Below are positions 58,200-64,000 of a DNA stretch of 64,000 nt, piece by piece (position 1 is the stretch's first letter; every line of letters starts with the position of its first letter). A model generated the notes under the pieces. That model was not told the origin of the DNA. It worked only from the letters and a program-made list of their open reading frames with translations, and did no database searches. The DNA comes from Akkermansiaceae bacterium. GTDB taxonomy: Bacteria > Verrucomicrobiota > Verrucomicrobiia > Verrucomicrobiales > Akkermansiaceae. Both the position numbers and the translations under genes were made by a program. The stretch lies in contig JBPOGF010000018.1 in assembly GCA_051251915.1 (NCBI GenBank), positions 39,093 through 103,092 on the forward strand, read 5' to 3'.

Positions 58200-58301
58200 G
58201 GCTGTGATTGGGGCTAGATCTCGAAAATCGCTGTTACTTCGGGATTGACCCTAAGGCTATGTGTGTCTAGCTTCCGCGCACTCAATGAATTGAGCAGAAT
58301 T

Positions 58302-61079
58302 ATGAGCAACGAAGCAAACTATAAAGATACGCTGACTCTTCCACAGACCACTTTTCCTATGAGAGGTGATCTTGTGAAGAACGAGCCAGCTCGACTTGAA
58401 CAATGGGAAAAAAACGGACTGTATCAACGAATACAGAAGCGTCGAATTGACCAAGGTGCGCCGCGTTTCATTCTTCATGATGGACCTCCGTTTGCGAATG
58501 GTGATGTTCATATGGGGACGGCTCTTAATAAGATTTTGAAGGATCTTGTGGTAAAGTCTAAGACGATGGCGGGGTTTGAGACTCCATTTATTCCAGGTTG
58601 GGATTGTCATGGTCTTCCGATTGAGTTCAAGGTTGTGCAGAATGCGCGTGATCTGGAGCCTGCGGAGATCCGTAGTCGATGTGTGGATTTTGCGAGTGGC
58701 TGGATTGATACACAGAAGGCGTCATTCCGCCGTCTAGGAGTCTTTGGTGACTGGGATAATCCTTATTTGACGATGAATCCTGAGTATGAGGCGGATATCG
58801 TGAGAACTTTCGCGGCATTGATCGATAAGAAGGCAGTTTATCAAAGTAAGAAGCCGGTTCAGTGGTCTTATGGTGCGCAGACTGCGCTTGCTGAGGCTGA
58901 GGTGGAGTATATGGATAAGAAGTCTATTTCTATCTATGTGGAATTTCCTCTGCTCGGCGATAAACTGGGTAAAGATATCTCGATGATCATCTGGACGACG
59001 ACTCCGTGGACGCTGCCTGCTAACCTTGGTATCGCGGTGCATCCGCAGTTTATCTACACGGTGGGTAGATTTGAGAAGACAGATCACGAAGGTAATCTGA
59101 TCACTAAGAATTTAGTGGTAGCTAAAGATTTGATAGAGAACGTGGAAGCGAAGACTGGGTTTGCACTTAAGGAGACTTTCCAAGAGGTAAAAGGTGAGGT
59201 CTTTGAGGGGCTGGAAGCTCAGCATCCGTTCTTAGATCAGACTTCTAAGTTGATACATGCTAATTTTGTTACTACTGAGACGGGAACTGGTGCGGTGCAC
59301 ATTGCTCCGGGTCATGGTGCGGATGATTACTCTGCTGGTCAGCAAAATGGACTTGGGGTGTTTTCACCTGTGGACGATGAAGGTTTCTTTACTGAAGAAG
59401 TGGGGGTTGAATCATTAGTTGGTCTTCATGTGATGGAGAAGAATGAGGCTAACATTGGAGTGCTTAAGATTTTGGCGCCGAAGGGGCATTTGCTGGGTAA
59501 AGAGAATTATGCTCATAGTTACCCACATTGCTGGAGATCTAAGACACCGATCATTTTCAGGGCGGTGGAGCAGTTTTTCATCTCGCTTGATGGACTTCGT
59601 GATAAGGCTCTTGAGGAGATCGATAAGGTGAACTGGCTTCCTAAGTGGGGTAGAAACCGTATTTATGGGACAGTGGAATCTCGTCCAGACTGGTGTGTAT
59701 CACGTCAGAGGACATGGGGGGTGCCTGTGCCAGTGTTTTTCGATGAGAAGGGTGAGGCTGTGATTTGTTCTGAGCTTGCTGGGAAGATTGCAGATTTGAT
59801 CGAGGCTGAGGGTTCTAATATCTGGTTTGAGCTGAATGATGAAGAGTTGGCGGCTAGATTAGATTTACCAAAGGGATATACGAAGTGCCGTGATACGTTG
59901 GATGTGTGGATTGATTCAGGTTCATCTCACACGGCTGTGATGGAGCGACGTCCAGAACTTCAATGTCCTGCGGATCTGTATCTGGAAGCGACGGATCAAC
60001 ACCGTGGTTGGTTCCAGTCATCACTTATGCTCTCTGTGGGTGTGCGTGATGCGGCTCCTTATAAAACGGTGATGACGCATGGATTTGTAGTGGATCAGGA
60101 TAAGCTTAAGGCGAAGAAGGCTGGTAAGACAAATGGTGAATCTACTAAGTTATCAAAGTCTGAAGCTGAGAAGAGCGGTAAGCCGATTGACGCTGCGTAT
60201 TATTATAATAAGTATGGGGCAGATATTGTTCGTCTCTGGGTTTCTAGTGTGGACTGGCAGACTGAGGTTCCGTTTGGGGAAGATTTGTTTAAGCAGATTG
60301 CTGAACCATATCGTCGTCTGAGAAATACGCTTAGAATTCTTCTTGGGAATATGGATGGATTTGATCCTGAGAAAGACCGTGTGGCGAAAGCTGATATGCC
60401 GTTGTTAGATCAATGGGTGTTGGAGAAGCTTCACACTGTGATTGGCGAGTGCCGAGTGGCTTATGAAAACTTTGAGTTTAGGAAGGTGTTTAACCAGATC
60501 AACCAGTTCTGTGCTGCGGATCTGTCTGCGATTTACGTGGATGTGACTAAGGATAGAATGTATTGTGATAGCACTGAGAGTAACCGACGGTTGTCTACAC
60601 AGACTGTGATGCATGATGTGTTTGTGGCGCTTTCGAAGCTGCTTGCGCCGATTCTTGCGTTTACTGCGGAAGAGGCTTGGGGGCATGCTGGCTTCTCAGG
60701 CTCTGTGCATGAACAGGATTTCCCGATTGCTCTTGAGGAGTGGACACCGGGTGAGGTGACGGAGAAAATGACGCAGTTGATAGAGATCCGTGGAGTTATT
60801 CAGACAGCTATCGAGGAGCAGGTTAAGGATAAGGCTTTTAATAAGAATAATGAGGCGGCTGTGACTCTCATTGTTCCTGCGAATCATGTCTGTGCTGCTG
60901 AGCTTTCAAACAGAGAGTTTGCTACTGAGTTCTTTATCTTAGCTGATCTTAATCTGAAGGAAGGTGCTGAGCTAAGTGCTACTGCAACTGCTACTGAGCA
61001 CAGTATGTGTCCTCGTTGCCGACGTTATGAGCCATTACTTGATAGTGGGCTATGTGCTCGCTGTTCAGAGGTAGTGTAG
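58302..61079 (+). CDS. ileS: Isoleucine--tRNA ligase (type 1)
   Basis: HDGPPFANG..HMGT, GWDCHGLPIE, WTTTPWTLP, DQHRGWF, KLSKS, C-terminal CPRC..CARC zinc finger; likely ATG 58302 (ORF track starts 58245). Confidence 0.97.
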   Translation: MSNEANYKDTLTLPQTTFPMRGDLVKNEPARLEQWEKNGLYQRIQKRRIDQGAPRFILHDGPPFANGDVHMGTALNKILKDLVVKSKTMAGFETPFIPGWDCHGLPIEFKVVQNARDLEPAEIRSRCVDFASGWIDTQKASFRRLGVFGDWDNPYLTMNPEYEADIVRTFAALIDKKAVYQSKKPVQWSYGAQTALAEAEVEYMDKKSISIYVEFPLLGDKLGKDISMIIWTTTPWTLPANLGIAVHPQFIYTVGRFEKTDHEGNLITKNLVVAKDLIENVEAKTGFALKETFQEVKGEVFEGLEAQHPFLDQTSKLIHANFVTTETGTGAVHIAPGHGADDYSAGQQNGLGVFSPVDDEGFFTEEVGVESLVGLHVMEKNEANIGVLKILAPKGHLLGKENYAHSYPHCWRSKTPIIFRAVEQFFISLDGLRDKALEEIDKVNWLPKWGRNRIYGTVESRPDWCVSRQRTWGVPVPVFFDEKGEAVICSELAGKIADLIEAEGSNIWFELNDEELAARLDLPKGYTKCRDTLDVWIDSGSSHTAVMERRPELQCPADLYLEATDQHRGWFQSSLMLSVGVRDAAPYKTVMTHGFVVDQDKLKAKKAGKTNGESTKLSKSEAEKSGKPIDAAYYYNKYGADIVRLWVSSVDWQTEVPFGEDLFKQIAEPYRRLRNTLRILLGNMDGFDPEKDRVAKADMPLLDQWVLEKLHTVIGECRVAYENFEFRKVFNQINQFCAADLSAIYVDVTKDRMYCDSTESNRRLSTQTVMHDVFVALSKLLAPILAFTAEEAWGHAGFSGSVHEQDFPIALEEWTPGEVTEKMTQLIEIRGVIQTAIEEQVKDKAFNKNNEAAVTLIVPANHVCAAELSNREFATEFFILADLNLKEGAELSATATATEHSMCPRCRRYEPLLDSGLCARCSEVV

Positions 61080-61100
61080 TTTGCAGCTAAAAAATCTTAA

Positions 61101-61138
61101 GGCCGATCTTGGAGTGAATTCCTAGATCGGCTTTTTTT
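61101..61138 (+). terminator. Intrinsic terminator after ileS
   Basis: GGCCGATCT..AGATCGGCT plus T run. Confidence 0.8.
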
Positions 61139-61147
61139 GTGCATTTT

Positions 61148-62335
61148 TTATGAGAAGAGTGGTTTTAGGCTGGAGGTGGATAAGGCTTTGTGGATCTTTG
61201 GATGATTTGCAGGAGTATTTGTTAGAGCTTGATCGAGTGTGGTGATGAGTAGCTCGAACTGGTAGTCGAAATCGGCTTCTATGGATTCTGGGAAAGTTGC
61301 GTCTAGGAGGGTGAGGCCGTAGTCTGTGGGTTCTATGAGTTCTTCTGCCCAGCGGAGGATGGTTTCTGTTGGTGGCTGGTGAGGGTAGCGTATTGAGATG
61401 AGTGTGAGGATGTCTTTAGAGCTCTGGGCGTTCATTAGTAGGGCTAGGAAGAAGCGGTGCTCAGGGTTCTCTATGTGGTAGCGCATTTGGCTGATGTATT
61501 CTCTACGGAGTGATTCAGCGAGGGTGGCGGCTACTCCTTTGGAGAGTTCTCCGTGTAGGTTTTCGAATATTTCCAAGACGGGGTTCCATTCGTCTGTTTC
61601 CTGCAGTTGGGGCATGGTGTGTAGGAGTGTGTTGAAGCCGCGCTCGAAGTCTAGGGTTTTGATCATTTCGCTTACTCGAATGGCGTAGCTGTTAGAGTCG
61701 ATGTTTTCTAGGACGTCAAGGAGCTGGTTGCGACGTTGGGTGAGGGTGTCTGATTGGAGGGGATCAATGGCGAGATGGGGTGGGAGGTAGTTGAACTGTG
61801 GGTCTGTGCCTGGGTCGTGGTGGGTGCGGACTACGACAGTGACTGATGGTGATTCTAGGTGGAACAGTGAGTGGATGCAGTCATGGCCTGAGGTGATGGG
61901 GATGGTGCGGCCTGTTTCTAGAAGTTCGATTTTCTTGAGGTGAAGGTTTCCGGTGCTTAAATGGGGGGTGATTGATTTTAGGTCTAAGAAGTTGTACTCG
62001 GAGTGGACGCTGGAGCCGTGCATGACGTGGAAGGCTCCGGAGAATCCGTGTTGGTGGATCTTGGTGGTTCCTTCCATCCAGAAGAGGATCTGGATGTAGA
62101 AGCGTGAGTCGCTGTAAGCAATTAGTTCGGGTTGGCCGAATCCGGAATGGCCTTGGGCTGGTTGATCATTGTTGGTTAGAAATTCATTGATCATTTCCTC
62201 CAGATCTACGTTTTCTGAAGGAGGGGATTGCTGCATTGCGGCGAGAGCTAGCTGTGGGAAGGCGGCTAGGGAGAAGTTTTGCATCTGCCACTGTTCAAGG
62301 ACTGTGCTACCGAGTTTTTTGAAATAGGGATTCAT
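61148..62335 (-). CDS. Hypothetical protein with cysteine-dioxygenase-like cupin motif
   Basis: TKIHQHGFSGAFHVMHGS ... IHSLFH (HxH...H metal-site pattern). Confidence 0.55.
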   Translation of the reverse strand: MNPYFKKLGSTVLEQWQMQNFSLAAFPQLALAAMQQSPPSENVDLEEMINEFLTNNDQPAQGHSGFGQPELIAYSDSRFYIQILFWMEGTTKIHQHGFSGAFHVMHGSSVHSEYNFLDLKSITPHLSTGNLHLKKIELLETGRTIPITSGHDCIHSLFHLESPSVTVVVRTHHDPGTDPQFNYLPPHLAIDPLQSDTLTQRRNQLLDVLENIDSNSYAIRVSEMIKTLDFERGFNTLLHTMPQLQETDEWNPVLEIFENLHGELSKGVAATLAESLRREYISQMRYHIENPEHRFFLALLMNAQSSKDILTLISIRYPHQPPTETILRWAEELIEPTDYGLTLLDATFPESIEADFDYQFELLITTLDQALTNTPANHPKIHKALSTSSLKPLFS

Positions 62336-62465
62336 GAGAGCTCGACTTTAATTGAAGGTTGAATGGGGCACAACTATTATCCTTAGGTGGAGGAAATGGG
62401 GATAGATTAAGGAGTGAAGGTGGTTGGTGTGTTAGGTTCGTTGCGGTTTACTAGGTGATTAGACA

Positions 62466-63839
62466 CTAGCGGAGCGTGCCGGAGTCGTTTTGTTGGGTCA
62501 TGTGGGTTTGGATTTGGGCTTGGAGTTGTTTGATTTTTTGGGTGTATTCTGGGTTGGTGGCTAGGTTGTTCATTTCGTGGGGGTCTTTGTTGAGGTCGAA
62601 GAGTTGGAACTGGGGACGGTGTCTGAAGCGGTGGACTAGGTGGTTTGTGTGTGGGGTGGTTTTGGCTTTTAGTAGCCAGGATTGGTACATTTTTCGGACG
62701 TGTCTGTCTTGCATTTTATCGACGTAGCCGTAGTCGAATCCGTTGATGGTGCGGACGGCGTATGGTTGTTCTGGGGTGAGGGTCCAGATGAGTTTGTAGC
62801 GGCCGTCTGTGATGGCACGGGATGAGAATTTATTTCCATCGCTGCCGCTGTTGTAGATGAAGTGGGCGGTGTCGCGGTGCTCTTTTGTTTTACTTGAGAT
62901 GACGGGGAGGAGGCTTTTTCCGTCCATTTTTTCAGGGACTTTTCCGCCGGCGGCATCGATGAGGGTGGGTAGGATGTCGCAGTATTGGGCGATGGCTGGG
63001 GCGGTGAAGTTGGCGTTGTAGGAGGGTGGGAATTTCATGATGCAGGCGGAGCGGACGCCCCAGTCGTAGGTGGTCCATTTTCCTCCGGGCATGCCTGCGC
63101 CGTTTTCGTCTAGGACGATGAGGATGGTGTTCTCGTCTAGTTGGTGTTTTTTTAGGAGTGCTCTGGTTTTACCTACTTGGTCATCGAATAACCTTACCTC
63201 TGCGAGGTATTCGCGGAAGTAGCTGCGGGTTTCTGGGGTGTCTGCTAAGTTTGGTGGGAGTTTAAGGTCTTGGAGTTCCCAGGGTGAGGTGTCTCCGGCG
63301 TCCCATGGGGAGTGTGCATGGATGGAGGCGAGGACGATGCAGAATGGCTGGTCGGCATCGCTCGTCATGAATTTTTCTACGCCGTCCCAGGTTTCTGGTT
63401 TTGGGTCACTTAGATTACAGTTTGTAGGAAACCCTGCGATTTTCTGAAAGGGATAGACTGAGGCTGGTTTAATGTGAGTTTTTCCTGATAGCCCGACTCT
63501 GTATCCTAGTGCCTCTAGATGTTGTACTATGCTTAGTGTGCCTTTCTTTGTCTTGCCGTGGTTAGCAGTGACTCCATTTTTGTAAGGTGTGAGACCGGTG
63601 TATAACTCGGCGCGGGCTGGGGCGCAGATGGCCTCGGAGACGAACATGTTGGTGAATTGGACTCCTTCGTTAGCTAGTTTGTCAATATTTGGTGTGGTGT
63701 TGGGGTTTTCTGAGCCGTAGCAGCCGATGTTGTTGGCGCTGATGTCATCGCCGAGGATGATGACGATGTTTGGTTTTTCTGTTTCTGCGAAGACGTAGCT
63801 AGTGAGGATGATGAGGGTGGTGGTGAGTAGGTGGAGCAT
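62466..63839 (-). CDS. Secreted sulfatase (formylglycine-dependent)
   Basis: PNIVIILGDD, CAPAR (CxPxR)..YTG, GKTH, HSPW, DENG, LFDL..DP.E..NL. Confidence 0.93.
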   Translation of the reverse strand: MLHLLTTTLIILTSYVFAETEKPNIVIILGDDISANNIGCYGSENPNTTPNIDKLANEGVQFTNMFVSEAICAPARAELYTGLTPYKNGVTANHGKTKKGTLSIVQHLEALGYRVGLSGKTHIKPASVYPFQKIAGFPTNCNLSDPKPETWDGVEKFMTSDADQPFCIVLASIHAHSPWDAGDTSPWELQDLKLPPNLADTPETRSYFREYLAEVRLFDDQVGKTRALLKKHQLDENTILIVLDENGAGMPGGKWTTYDWGVRSACIMKFPPSYNANFTAPAIAQYCDILPTLIDAAGGKVPEKMDGKSLLPVISSKTKEHRDTAHFIYNSGSDGNKFSSRAITDGRYKLIWTLTPEQPYAVRTINGFDYGYVDKMQDRHVRKMYQSWLLKAKTTPHTNHLVHRFRHRPQFQLFDLNKDPHEMNNLATNPEYTQKIKQLQAQIQTHMTQQNDSGTLR

Positions 63840-64000
63840 GAGGTGGGGTAGTGTGCGTCTGCGGGGGAGTTGTTAGGGGGGCAGTGAGGTGGGCTTGACG
63901 TGCTTGGGTTGGGGTTGATACCTAGGGTTTTACCCTGACTTTTATACATAAGTCAGGATGATTTTTGGAATGCTTTCCAAGCTTCTCCGTAAGCTTCTAC

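Noticed and set aside
58200..58301. T-box or riboswitch leaders for ileS (also checked tyrS and purM)
   Set aside because: Leaders are too short, promoter-like elements sit close to the starts, and no T-box consensus is visible
63934..63957. Inverted repeat CCTGACTT/AAGTCAGG upstream of the sulfatase
   Set aside because: Single short repeat at the window edge; cannot tell operator from terminator or chance

Overview
A 64-kb chromosomal segment of mostly housekeeping genes. The PEP-CTERM protein, cytochrome c-PA14 protein, DUF1080/DUF6288-like proteins, sulfatase and long PurF suggest Verrucomicrobiota (inference, not a database result). The + strand is strongly G+T-rich whichever way the genes point, so it is probably the leading strand. 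The stand-out element is a retron-like locus on the - strand. It has a ~190-nt structured ncRNA (12839-13028) with a1/a2 inverted repeats, a candidate branching G, msr-like stem-loops and an msd-like hairpin. This sits 11 nt upstream of a 434-aa retron-type reverse transcriptase with non-canonical X/Y motifs and no co-oriented effector gene. A convergent secreted PI-PLC gene and a truncated tandem copy of tatA lie next to it. Other notable items: a class A PBP with a degenerate transpeptidase site, an ankyrin-L,D-transpeptidase fusion, a putative DUF6036-type nucleotidyltransferase two-gene module, an ECF sigma/anti-sigma/pseudo-HtrA cluster with a sigmaE-like promoter, a eukaryote-type UDP-glucose pyrophosphorylase, a structured candidate sRNA, tRNA-Thr(TGT), and many sigma70-like promoters placed for leaderless mRNAs. 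No CRISPR array, rRNA, transposase or integrase was seen. All family assignments are by-eye motif recognition.
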